The translations under genes were made by a program, and so were the position numbers. The notes under the pieces are model-generated. The model did no database searches, was not told the origin of the DNA, and was given only the letters and a program-made list of their open reading frames with translations. From the NCBI GenBank assembly GCA_963777505.1, contig CAVZQN010000004.1, forward strand, positions 1,152,001 to 1,216,000: a stretch of DNA of 64,000 nt, given 5' to 3'. This DNA comes from an uncultured bacterium. GTDB taxonomy: Bacteria > Acidobacteriota > HRBIN11 > JAKEFK01. Within the stretch, counting starts at the first letter, position 1. Every line of letters begins with the position of its first letter. Positions 48,818 through 58,270 of the stretch are shown here, one piece after another.

Positions 48818-48994
48818 CTAGATTGTTTTCTCACAGTCTTTAGCCTTCCCGGTCGTTGGCAGTAATGCTTGACGTACTATTTTTCACTAAAGTCTACATT
48901 TATACAACATTGGAAAGATTTAGTTTCCGGAGAATATTTGTCATACTCTTGGCGTCTTGGCGGTTGAGTTCTTTTAGAGCAGTTGTTGTCGTTT

Positions 48995-49552
48995 CTATCT
49001 CTGGCCGAGATTTTTTACCTTCAAGCTCAAAGCAATCAAAATCACACCATTGATAATAGCGAAAAGACCAATAATCCAAATGACTGCTAGCGCGCCGACT
49101 CCCGGGCGTAAAATCAAAATAAGCCCAAACAATAGTGACATCACGCCACTAAATCCTAGAAGCCATTCTGTTTCGATCACCTTCCGCAATCGAATGGCTG
49201 CGACGATATGAAAGATTCCGGTGATGATTGCCCAAAATGCAATAAACCAAAGCAATACTAACCCGGTAGTGCCAGGCCATAAGAATGTGAGAATGCCGAT
49301 TGCAATACTCAAAATGCCTGAAATCAAAGTTGCCCACCATCGTTCCTGTTCACCATATTGCTTGATTCCAAGCACGAGGGAAAAAATACCATCAATGAGG
49401 GCCCACGCACCAAAGAGGGTGATCAAGAACACAATTGTCATTCCTGGCCAAACAAAAGCAAGAATTCCAAACAGAATTGCTGCGACTCCACGAAGAAGCA
49501 AGAGCCACCAGTATTTAGAGATCATGTTCGTCAACGTACTCAGTGAATTCAT
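48995..49552 (-). CDS. HdeD/DUF308 family membrane protein
   Basis: WWLLLLRGVAAILFGILAFVWPG repeat structure; AGGAGG SD. Confidence 0.9.
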   Translation of the reverse strand: MNSLSTLTNMISKYWWLLLLRGVAAILFGILAFVWPGMTIVFLITLFGAWALIDGIFSLVLGIKQYGEQERWWATLISGILSIAIGILTFLWPGTTGLVLLWFIAFWAIITGIFHIVAAIRLRKVIETEWLLGFSGVMSLLFGLILILRPGVGALAVIWIIGLFAIINGVILIALSLKVKNLGQR

Positions 49553-49610
49553 TCACGTCCTCCTTGAGCAATTAGAATTTGAATTGGTCATAGTGTCAGT
49601 CTGCAGAATT

Positions 49611-50369
49611 TCATAAACTGTGAGGCATTGGCACTCCGAGCAGACGGGCGGCCGCCATGATCATCTGAATGGCTAATGCGACCTGGAGTACTCCCAGCAC
49701 TGCGCCTAGTACCCCAAGTACGCCTGAGCCGTGCTTTAGAATCGGTCGCGCAAACCACATAGCAATCAGATTAAGAATCATTACCAATAGAAAAATTCCC
49801 AAAATGTTGAAATCTCGTGATTTGTCCGAAGCGCCAAGCATCAGAATCAGTGCGGCGGTTCCAAATGGTGTGATGATGCTAGGAAATGCCAAAGGTGAGA
49901 ATGCCAGACCTTTTCGAAGGGTAGTGACCTCGGCTTCTTCAGTTTCCGCGGAAGGAGCAGCATGGGGTTCATACTGCGACAACACAGTCTTCAATGCGAT
50001 GAGCAATAGAATCAAACCGCCTGCAAGTAGTAACGCTGGCAAAGAAACTCCCCATTTGAAAAGGAGATTTTGTCCCAAGAGTGCTGCGACCAAACCCGCC
50101 AGGCACGCAATGACAAAGCCTTTTAGTGCGAGGCGTCTCGATGTTGCATCGTCCATTCCCTTTGTAATCTTCACAAAGGGTCCCAATAATTTAATCGGGC
50201 CAAGCATCACTAGAAAGAAAGTGAAGATTTTGCTGTAAGGAATCGTCAGTTCCCTGGCGCCTTCCGCGGAGGAACTCGACTCGGCGCCAGGCGATGCCGT
50301 TTGTGCCACGGCAGTTGCGGTCAATCCCAGAAGCAGCAACATTGCGCCAATCTTCAGAAATTTCATCAT
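49611..50369 (-). CDS. MarC family membrane protein with N-terminal signal-peptide-like extension
   Basis: FFLVMLGP, AGGLILLLIAL, AFSPLAFPSI, LAIQMI. Confidence 0.82.
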   Translation of the reverse strand: MMKFLKIGAMLLLLGLTATAVAQTASPGAESSSSAEGARELTIPYSKIFTFFLVMLGPIKLLGPFVKITKGMDDATSRRLALKGFVIACLAGLVAALLGQNLLFKWGVSLPALLLAGGLILLLIALKTVLSQYEPHAAPSAETEEAEVTTLRKGLAFSPLAFPSIITPFGTAALILMLGASDKSRDFNILGIFLLVMILNLIAMWFARPILKHGSGVLGVLGAVLGVLQVALAIQMIMAAARLLGVPMPHSL

Positions 50370-50511
50370 GGATGTTCTCCTATCAATTATTGAGGTTCGT
50401 AAAGCAACGCCCGAGCCTTAGAACAAGAACTGCGGCCTGCTATTGGGTCTGGGCCGCTTATTCATTGGTTTGTCGTTCTCCCAAAGTAATATCTTTGGCC
50501 TTGTGAAGATA

Positions 50512-50527
50512 TTGGACCTTAGTCCAG
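50512..50527. promoter_or_regulatory. Palindromic operator TTGGACTWWAGTCCAA (copy 1)
   Basis: TTGGACCTTAGTCCAG upstream of marC. Confidence 0.65.
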
Positions 50528-50586
50528 TGGCTTGGGTGTGACCGATTGTGATTACTATTAATATAGTATTACTTTTTGAGGATGCA

Positions 50587-51786
50587 TTACTTTGCGGTTT
50601 GCTCTTTAGTATTCGGGTCGCGCACAAATCTAACACCGAGGTGATCAGTACCTGTATTTAGTTCACCTTTTCCGCGGGTTCCAACCATGTAGCGCGTGCA
50701 GTATTGATCAGTGCACAAGAAGGAACCGCCGCGATGAACGCGCTTTTTTTCAGTGGGCTCGGATGGATCAAATGACGATTCGGGTCCGGCTGGATTTTTA
50801 GTTACACCACCAACTTTCGCTAACTCTGCATAATAATCAGGACGATACCAGTCGCTGACCCATTCCCAAACATTGCCTCCCACATCGTAAAGTCCATAAC
50901 CGTTCGGAGTAAAAGAAGCTACGGGAGCGATTCCTGCGAAGCCATCGCTGCCAGTGTCTGCTACTGGAAATTTCCCCTGATACGTATTTGCCATGGGTTT
51001 ATTCTGAGCATTCAAATCATCGCCCCATGCATAGAGTTTTCCAGTCAAACCGCCGCGTGCGGCAAACTCCCATTCGGCTTCAGTCGGGAGACGTTTGCCT
51101 GCCCACTTTGCATAAGCAAGAGCATCGTCATATGCAATATGAACGACTGGATATTTCTCCTTACCTTTGATATTGCTTTCGGGTCCTTGCGGATGGCGCC
51201 AGTTTGCGCCGGTCTGATAACGCCACCATTGATAATGATTATTCAATGGGACTGCTTCGATAGAGGCAGAGAACACAATTGAACCAGCTACAAGATTCTC
51301 CGGCGGAGCGTCAGGAAATTCTTCTTTAGTGGGTGTGCGTTCAGCGATGGTTACATAACCTGTCGCTTTGATGAACTTCACGAATTCTTCATTCGTCAAC
51401 TCAGTCGCATCCATCCAGAACCCATCAACATATACCCGATGAACTGGTAATGCATCGCGCGTCAGACCGGGCATATCACACATCGATTCGCTTTCGGCAG
51501 TACTGCCCATTGAAAATTCACCACCCGGTATCCATACCATTCCTTTCGGTGCAGGACCAGGTGCCGATGTTGAATTGCTCTTTGTCGATACGAAAGTAAC
51601 AGAAGGTGATGAAGATGGCTCTGACTTCACCGTAGAAACACGCGCTTGTTCGGGGATCGGAGGCGTCGATTTTCGTAAAACGAAATAGGCCAAAACAGCA
51701 GCCCCGATTAACGCCAACGGTAACCACCAAATTATGTAAGATCTGGTCTGTTGCTTTTCGCGCCTGGCGTGATTTCGTTGTGACAT
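50587..51786 (-). CDS. Formylglycine-generating enzyme family (FGE-sulfatase)
   Basis: RLPTEAEWEFAARGG, NGYGLYDVGGNVWEW, RGGSFLCTDQYC; N-terminal TM. Confidence 0.92.
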   Translation of the reverse strand: MSQRNHARREKQQTRSYIIWWLPLALIGAAVLAYFVLRKSTPPIPEQARVSTVKSEPSSSPSVTFVSTKSNSTSAPGPAPKGMVWIPGGEFSMGSTAESESMCDMPGLTRDALPVHRVYVDGFWMDATELTNEEFVKFIKATGYVTIAERTPTKEEFPDAPPENLVAGSIVFSASIEAVPLNNHYQWWRYQTGANWRHPQGPESNIKGKEKYPVVHIAYDDALAYAKWAGKRLPTEAEWEFAARGGLTGKLYAWGDDLNAQNKPMANTYQGKFPVADTGSDGFAGIAPVASFTPNGYGLYDVGGNVWEWVSDWYRPDYYAELAKVGGVTKNPAGPESSFDPSEPTEKKRVHRGGSFLCTDQYCTRYMVGTRGKGELNTGTDHLGVRFVRDPNTKEQTAK

Positions 51787-51840
51787 TGTTTTCAGATGTA
51801 TTAACTAAACGACTATCGAGCAGAAATTATGGATCTCAGA

Positions 51841-51860
51841 TATTGGACTTTAGTCCAATA
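51841..51860. promoter_or_regulatory. Palindromic operator (copy 2, perfect arms)
   Basis: TATTGGACT-TT-AGTCCAATA between divergent FGE and hypothetical genes. Confidence 0.75.
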
Positions 51861-51964
51861 AACGCCTGAGACGAATTTAGTTTACTATGTACAAGCACCA
51901 CAGGTACATATCCTTCTATCCTCGGTGTATCTGGCCAGTCTTAAAACATTTCATGGAGGCATCA

Positions 51965-52744
51965 ATGCGACAAATTTTAATGCTCACACTTCTTATTTTC
52001 GGAGTAGTTGGTTTTGTTTTTGCCCAAACAGGGGAACGGCTTTCAGACAAGGAAGTTAAAGAGATAATCGACAATGTCGATCATGGGCGTGATCGTTTTG
52101 AAGATGCAATGGAAAACAATTTGAAACATGCAATTTGGCGTGGTCCAAAAGGCGAAGTCGATATTTCAAAAGCCCTTGACGACTTCCAGGAAAATACAAA
52201 AGATTTGGAAGAACGCTTTAAACCGGATTATTCCGCAAGTAGTGAAGTGGGTGTTGTGCTCGAAAAAGCAACCAATATTAGCAATTTCCTATCGAATCAT
52301 CCTGGCACAAAAGGTGCGAGTGAATTTGATCATTTTGCAGTCGACTTGAAAAAGTTAGCGAACGCTTATGGAACGGATTTTCCAGTCCCTGAAGGCGCAT
52401 CATTTCGCAGAATCAATGATGGTGAAGCAGCAAAGGCTGCCGATTTACTAGCAAAGCAAGCGGATCAACTCAAGAAACAAATTGACAAGGACAAGACAAT
52501 TCCAGATGAGCAGCAAGAAATCTACAAAGATGATATTGATCAACTCATCAAGAGTTCGAAGACATTAAAGGACCGTCTTGCAGATTCGGATCCCGCAACG
52601 GCGGAAGCACGTACAGTGGTTGATCAGGCAGCGCAAATCGGTCAGGCATTGGAAGGCGCTCAAGTGGCGGCACCTGTTACGTCAGCATGGAGCTCAATGC
52701 AGGCGTCTTTGAGTAAGATCAAGCAAGCCTTCCAATTGGACTAG
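51965..52744 (+). CDS. Secreted helical protein with two internal repeats
   Basis: Signal peptide (VFA|QT); RLSDKEV... and RINDGEA... repeats; GGAGG SD. Confidence 0.75.
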   Translation: MRQILMLTLLIFGVVGFVFAQTGERLSDKEVKEIIDNVDHGRDRFEDAMENNLKHAIWRGPKGEVDISKALDDFQENTKDLEERFKPDYSASSEVGVVLEKATNISNFLSNHPGTKGASEFDHFAVDLKKLANAYGTDFPVPEGASFRRINDGEAAKAADLLAKQADQLKKQIDKDKTIPDEQQEIYKDDIDQLIKSSKTLKDRLADSDPATAEARTVVDQAAQIGQALEGAQVAAPVTSAWSSMQASLSKIKQAFQLD

Positions 52745-52807
52745 TACTATGAGTATAGTACTAGCATGGGTAGCGGCAAGATTTTCGGGCGCCCAGCCGG
52801 CTGGGGG

Positions 52808-52829
52808 ATATTGCACCAAAGTCCAATAT
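52808..52829. promoter_or_regulatory. Palindromic operator (copy 3)
   Basis: ATATTGCACCAAAGTCCAATAT, plus half-site GGACTAAA at about 52837. Confidence 0.6.
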
Positions 52830-52867
52830 TCCATCCGGACTAAAAATGGTATCTTCTTGATGCCCTA

Positions 52868-53026
52868 TTGCGAAGCCAAGCTGTTAGAAAAAGAGAGATA
52901 ATTTCTTTGATATTCTTCATGACCTTTGGAAGTGCGAACATGCATGCACAGCAGACTCAGCCCGCCTTTGGAATTGATCCTAAGGCGGCTGAGCTGTTGC
53001 GCAAAAACAACCAATTTGTTCGGTGA
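52868..53026 (+). pseudogene. Truncated secreted-protein ORF (DUF2092-like N-terminus)
   Basis: My translation: MRSQAVRKREIISLIFFMTFGSANMHAQQTQPAFGIDPKAAELLRKNNQFVR*; signal peptide + IDPKA..LLRK; family call from recollection. Confidence 0.35.
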
Positions 53027-53250
53027 TTCAGCCACGGTAACCTCCCCGTTCATCCGCTAGAAGACGAAAGATCAATAACCAGTCTATTTCTTCGTTCGGT
53101 TAGGCTTGCTGTATTTGCATTTGCAAAAATCTATCCTGGCGCACACAGCACATCTAAATCTATGAAAAGGCGGGTGGGTTAGGTATGTTCAGCTTCCGCT
53201 TGTTTTGAGCAAAATAAGATCGAGCAAACTGTGGAGTAGTATTCAGGCGG

Positions 53251-53281
53251 AAAAATAATAAGGGCGGGTTCATGCCCGCCC
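53251..53281 (-). terminator. Intrinsic terminator of the sortase-LPXTG operon
   Basis: GGGCGGG-N6-CCCGCCC followed on the minus strand by TTATTATTTTT. Confidence 0.65.
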
Positions 53282-53331
53282 CCATTGCTTCCCTTGATTG
53301 CTTTTTGACCAGTTGGTCGCGAATACATCGC

Positions 53332-54045
53332 TTATTTCTTGAAAATTTTCAGGCCATAGGAAAACGCAAGGAATACGATTCCCAGAATCCCGAATACTGC
53401 GATGGGGCTTCCCGTTTTTGGCAAAGTCGATGGTGCCGGGCTGTCGTCGTCGTCAGACGAAGCTGCCATCGGAGCAGGAGCGGGAGCAGGACTTGGAGCG
53501 GGACTGGGAGCTGCAGCCGGAGCACTTCCAGAAACTCCACCAGGAGTTGTTGTCACAACGGTGCTTTGGTTCTTATGGTAAATAGTAGCTGTCAGATTCA
53601 TTCCCTTCTTAAGATCATAGACAGTCATTTCCTTGCCATCTACGGTAAAGCGGATCCAATCATCAACTACGAATTGTTTATTCGTGCGATCAGCCATCGT
53701 TACGATAAGTGTTGGGGGCTGCACGTGCCAAACTTTCCCCTGTTTGATCTCAGTTGAATAAACAGTTGTAGGTGAAGTGGTCGAAGTAATCGTTCTGGAA
53801 AGAGCGGTCCCCGGCTTCAATTCATGAACAGAAACTTCTTTTCCATCCACATTAAACCGGAAATCTTCGGGTACATCGAAGCTTTTTAATTCGCCCGTTG
53901 AAAATTTGATTACAAGGTGGTTTCCATCTACGGAAACTACTGTGCCTTGTCTGACTTCTGTCGTCACTTGCGCTTGAGCGGGACTCAAGCATACAAGCAT
54001 TCCCGCAAAAAACAGTATCGCAATTGTAAACCCACGCATATACAT
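53332..54045 (-). CDS. LPXTG sortase-substrate protein with two OB-fold-like repeats
   Basis: Signal peptide; repeats FRFNVDGKEVSVHELKPG / IRFTVDGKEMTVYDLKKG; PA-rich linker; LPKTG + TM + KIFKK. Confidence 0.88.
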   Translation of the reverse strand: MYMRGFTIAILFFAGMLVCLSPAQAQVTTEVRQGTVVSVDGNHLVIKFSTGELKSFDVPEDFRFNVDGKEVSVHELKPGTALSRTITSTTSPTTVYSTEIKQGKVWHVQPPTLIVTMADRTNKQFVVDDWIRFTVDGKEMTVYDLKKGMNLTATIYHKNQSTVVTTTPGGVSGSAPAAAPSPAPSPAPAPAPMAASSDDDDSPAPSTLPKTGSPIAVFGILGIVFLAFSYGLKIFKK

Positions 54046-54051
54046 TACCTC

Positions 54052-54684
54052 CTAAGGATTTTTTGATGTCACGTTAGTTGAATTTTTGGTTAACGAGGCC
54101 TGAATGATGAAGCGCTCTGGTGCGCTCCCTACAAAATAAAACGGATAACAAGTAACAAGTGTGAGAGATGGATTCGGTCTGGGATTGAGAACCCAAACGT
54201 CTTCAGGTTTGACGATATGAATTGCATCAATTGCATAGAGACGTTTTTCGTTGGACGTGACTAGTTCGATCGTATCGCCAAGGTTAATGTCCTTCAGTCC
54301 ACGAAAGAACCCATCTCGATGTCCGGCGATTCCAATATTACCGCTACCGTTGATTTCTGATGTTCCGGGAATACGACCGACGGCGCGATTGAGTGTAATG
54401 TCATCAATTCCTTCGAATACTGACACTTCAAGGTTGATACGATTGATTCGTAGTATCGCCGCCGGAGGGTCAAAATTATTCAGAAGCGATTCTTTATAAG
54501 CCTGGATCCGTTTTGAATCCCAGAGACTAAAATCTGGTGAATCCTCTGTGATTGTTTTGTCCTGAAGATTCTGAGTTTGTGCTTCGACGGCAGCATAATT
54601 CCAGAGGAACCCGTGTAGACGCACAAAGACATAGATTCCAATCGAAGCAAACCCGAGTATTCTGAAGAATTTTTCCAATCTCAT
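54052..54684 (-). CDS. Sortase (class D-like)
   Basis: N-terminal TM, GIAGHRDGFF, LTLVTCYPFY, ERFI (His-Cys-Arg triad). Confidence 0.93.
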   Translation of the reverse strand: MRLEKFFRILGFASIGIYVFVRLHGFLWNYAAVEAQTQNLQDKTITEDSPDFSLWDSKRIQAYKESLLNNFDPPAAILRINRINLEVSVFEGIDDITLNRAVGRIPGTSEINGSGNIGIAGHRDGFFRGLKDINLGDTIELVTSNEKRLYAIDAIHIVKPEDVWVLNPRPNPSLTLVTCYPFYFVGSAPERFIIQASLTKNSTNVTSKNP

Positions 54685-54768
54685 TAGACAGTTATTGTGA
54701 ATAGCCTAGCAAGAGCCCGGCCTGCTATTCTTTGCAAAAGTACGATAGTAGATATACGGATACCTGTA

Positions 54769-54788
54769 AATTGGACTTTAGTCCAATT
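54769..54788. promoter_or_regulatory. Palindromic operator (copy 4, perfect arms)
   Basis: AATTGGACT-TT-AGTCCAATT about 85 bp upstream of the sortase. Confidence 0.75.
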
Positions 54789-54796
54789 GAAGCGAC

Positions 54797-55459
54797 TCAA
54801 ATGTTGATTTTTGGTCCGATTTGTAAACGCTCGGCGATTCTTGCAAGCTCAGCCAGCGATTGAACTTCCATTTTTTCCATCACGTGTGCACGATGTACTT
54901 TAATGGTTTTCTCAACCAGACCAAGTTCAGCTGCTATTTGCTTGTTGAGTTCTCCAGAAACAACATGCTCCATAACTTCAAACTCTCTTGGAGTGAGTTT
55001 CGCCAGACGTTGATTGATTACTTCCCATTGTTTTCTTTCATTACGAGTAATTGAATCTTGCTCAATCGCCTTATTTACTGCTTTCAGGAGATCTGAGCCT
55101 GATACAGGCTTGGTAAGAAAGTCGACAGCACCGCCTTTCATTGCACGAACGCTGCTTGGGATATCTCCATGACCTGTTAGAAATATGATGCTCCGTTGAC
55201 AGCCAGTTAGCAGCAGTTGTTCTTGTAATTCCAATCCATTGAGTCCGGGCATTGAAACATCGAGCACTGCACACCCCGGTATTGAGCTGTCATGATTCTG
55301 AAGAAATTCAACGGGAGATGAAAAGCACTTGGTTTCAAAACCTTTAGATCTTAAAAGGCGCGAGAGTGCTTTTTGTACTGAAAGATCATCATCGACCACA
55401 AAAACAACAGGGACGGAACTATTGAAGCTCGTGCGTTGATGTGGGTCATTGTGCTGCAT
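54797..55459 (-). CDS. FixJ/NodW-family response regulator (REC + LuxR HTH)
   Basis: VVDDD, LDVSMP, FLTGHGD, FLTKP, LTPREFEV..NKQIAAELG..TIKVHRAHVMEK; likely start ATG 55459. Confidence 0.92.
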   Translation of the reverse strand: MQHNDPHQRTSFNSSVPVVFVVDDDLSVQKALSRLLRSKGFETKCFSSPVEFLQNHDSSIPGCAVLDVSMPGLNGLELQEQLLLTGCQRSIIFLTGHGDIPSSVRAMKGGAVDFLTKPVSGSDLLKAVNKAIEQDSITRNERKQWEVINQRLAKLTPREFEVMEHVVSGELNKQIAAELGLVEKTIKVHRAHVMEKMEVQSLAELARIAERLQIGPKINI

Positions 55460-55569
55460 AGAGGATCCAAGGAAAGAATACGGAAACTTGATTCTATCCC
55501 TTACTAATGATCCTGTCAATTTCTCTACTGTTAAGCCTGCGTAACATTTTACGGATGTCTCTTTAAGTG

Positions 55570-55585
55570 TTGGACTAAGGTCCAT
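55570..55585. promoter_or_regulatory. Palindromic operator (copy 5)
   Basis: TTGGACTAAGGTCCAT between the two divergent response regulator genes. Confidence 0.65.
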
Positions 55586-55770
55586 CTTGTCCGACATGAC
55601 ATTTAGAGGAAGAATGAATGGTGACAACGCCACAATTGAAGAATGCAGCGAGCAGGCTCAACATTGTAGGCAGGAGCTTTGACAACGAAAATGAGAGGAT
55701 ATTGTGAATGATTGTAGCTTCAGCGCTGCCCACATCAAGTCAAGTTCTAGATAAACAAGGCAAATATTTT

Positions 55771-56151
55771 ATGATGCCTTTAATTGAAGACACTTTGATC
55801 CATGTGATTGACGACGATCCTTCAGTGCGAAAGGCAATCCGCAGATTACTACAATCAATGGGATACAGGGCCAAGGCATATGCTTCCGCAATGGAATTCC
55901 TAAAAGAAAAGAACGAAATAAGATCGTGCCTCATTCTTGACGTACAACTTGATGGAATGAGTGGGCCTGAACTACAGCAACATCTCATAGATATGGGACT
56001 CAGAATCCCTATCGTTTTCATCACCTCGCATGACGATGAAAGCATTCGCAAACGAATTGAGCAGACAGGCGCTCCGTTTTTGAGAAAGCCTGTTGAAGGA
56101 CATCAACTCCTTGAAGCGATTCAAAGAGCAATGAAATCATTCGCTGAATAG
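55771..56151 (+). CDS. Single-domain response regulator (FixT/CheY-like)
   Basis: VIDDDPSVR, LDVQLDGMSG, FITSH, FLRKP. Confidence 0.9.
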   Translation: MMPLIEDTLIHVIDDDPSVRKAIRRLLQSMGYRAKAYASAMEFLKEKNEIRSCLILDVQLDGMSGPELQQHLIDMGLRIPIVFITSHDDESIRKRIEQTGAPFLRKPVEGHQLLEAIQRAMKSFAE

Positions 56152-56211
56152 AAGGCGAGTCTTAGGATATGCTAGCTTAGGAAATGAAAATCAAAAAACG
56201 TTGAGACAGCC

Positions 56212-58239
56212 TTGAAAGAACGTTCCCCTCTGACCGCATACCGCCCCCTGATTGAAAATATTCTGTGGTTCTGTTTATTCGAAACGGCATTCTATTTTGC
56301 TTATCGATATGGAATGTCGTTCAGCAATACTACCGCTTCTCCTTTCTGGTTCCCGGATGCGGTTCTGCTTTGTGCGCTCATGCGCAGTCATCCGCGAAGA
56401 TGGTGGATTTTTGTTTTCGCGCCACTTCCAATTCGAATCTTCGCAGAAGTCGCTCACAATATTCCTTTATGGTTTTTGCTCGCAACATTCGCGATTGATT
56501 CCGCAAAAGGGGTACTGACAGCTTTCGCTTTGCGCCACGTTAACAAGAATCCCATCCGTTTTGAAACGATACGAGAATATTTATTGTTCTTTTTCTTCGC
56601 AGTTTTAATGATTCCTGCAGCAGCTGCTTTTGGCAGGTGCTGCGAGCTCGACACATGCTTGGTGATGATTATTGGCAAGCATGGGGACGCTGGTTTCTTG
56701 GAAATGTGACGACACAATTGGTTTTGACACCAGCAGTTTTATATTGGGTATTTGGCCATCCTGGGAAGATTCAACTCCCGTCCACGAAGCGTGGTATTGA
56801 GGCCGGGTTATTGATCATCGGGCTTCTCGCGTCGGGCTATTTCGCCTTCCATTCGGAATCTCTTTCCAGCAGATTTTGCTGAGCCGTTATTCTTCGCACC
56901 TGTTCCATTTTTGTTTTGGGCAGCAATCCGGTTTGGAATGTTCGGCGCTTCTGCTGCAATCGTAGCGATCGCTGTTCTAGCCGTTCATGCAGCACTCAAT
57001 GCTCGTGGACCATTTTCGGGGCAGTCGCCGGCAGCAACGGCAGTCGCCTTGCAAAATTTTCTGATCATCAGAGCAGCGCCGCTTTATCTGGTGGCAATCT
57101 TGATAGGGCAAAGGAATGAAGTTGAGCAATCGCTAAGAGAAAGTGAAGGACGTTTTCGGAATGTGGCGAATTCTGCTCCGGTTGTGATTTGGATGACAGG
57201 ACCCGACACGCTTTGCACTTTCGTCAATCAAACTTATCTCAATTTCACCGGCCGTACAGTAGAACGGGAACTGGGAAATGGTTGGACAGAATGTATTCAC
57301 TCCGATGATTTAAAACATTGTCTAGATGTTTATCGCTCCGCCTTTGATTTGCATAACGAATTTGAAATGGAATACCGTGTGCGTCGGAACGATGGTGAGT
57401 ACCGGTGGTTGTTCGCCAAAGGAGTGCCTCGGCGGGCGCTGAATGGAGATTTCTTAGGTTATATCGGCACAGCCATCGATATTACAGATCGCAAGCGGGT
57501 AGAGGAGGCCAATCGTCATCTTGCTCATGCGCAACGTCTTACAATTTTGGGTGAATTTACCGCAATGATTGCTCATGAAGTAAATCAACCATTGGCTGCC
57601 ATCATGAGTAACACGGAAACCATCATGAATTTATTAGACTTTGAACAACCGCCGATGAAAGAAATTCGGGAAATACTTTCAGATATTCGCCAGGATGATC
57701 TTCGTGCAAACGAAACGATACGACGAGTTCGATCGCTGTTACAGAAACGCGAAATGCACATGGAACCATTTGATCTCAATCAAATTACTTCAGATGTGCT
57801 CAGGATCATAACCGCAGATGCAACGCGCAGGCACGTTCAAATTCGAAGAGACTTTGAACAAGGTCTTCCATTGGCTTTCGGGGACCCAGCCTATTTGCAA
57901 CAGGTATTGTTGAATTTGATTTCTAATGGAATCGATGCGATGAAGGATACTTCAGAATCTATCCGACAGCTTACCGTGCAAACGAAACATGATCACAACA
58001 ATACTATCGAAGTATCTGTCACAGATTGTGGGTGCGGTATCCCATCCGAAAAGCTGCCTCAAATTTTTGATTCATTTTTCACAACAAAAGAAGAAGGTAT
58101 GGGACTAGGCCTCTCCATCGCGCGTTCGATTATTGAAGCCCATCATGGACGTATCTGGGCTGAAAACAATTCCAATGGCGGTGCAACATTTCATTTTGCT
58201 GTGAGAATGCTTGATGATTCGAAGAATCTAAAACACTAA
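56212..58239 (+). CDS. MASE1-PAS sensor histidine kinase, split by frameshifts near 56635-56645 and 56875
   Basis: SPFWFPDAVLL (MASE1); PAS WTECIHSDD..EYRVRRNDGEYRW; AHEVNQPL, QQVLLNLISNG, FFTTKEEGMGLGL. Confidence 0.88.
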
Positions 58240-58270
58240 ATCTTTTCAACCGCGAAGGCACGCTCTCATA

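Noticed and set aside
48820-48880. Possible cobalamin riboswitch (ACTG...CCGGGAAGGC on the minus strand) upstream of the TBDR operon
   Set aside because: Only a fragment of the B12 box; other conserved elements were not found, and an MltF relic lies between it and the operon. An Infernal/Rfam scan would settle it.
55460-55633. 58-residue N-terminal extension of the FixJ-type regulator in the ORF track
   Set aside because: It overlaps the divergent promoter and operator and is not protein-like; ATG 55459 is more plausible.
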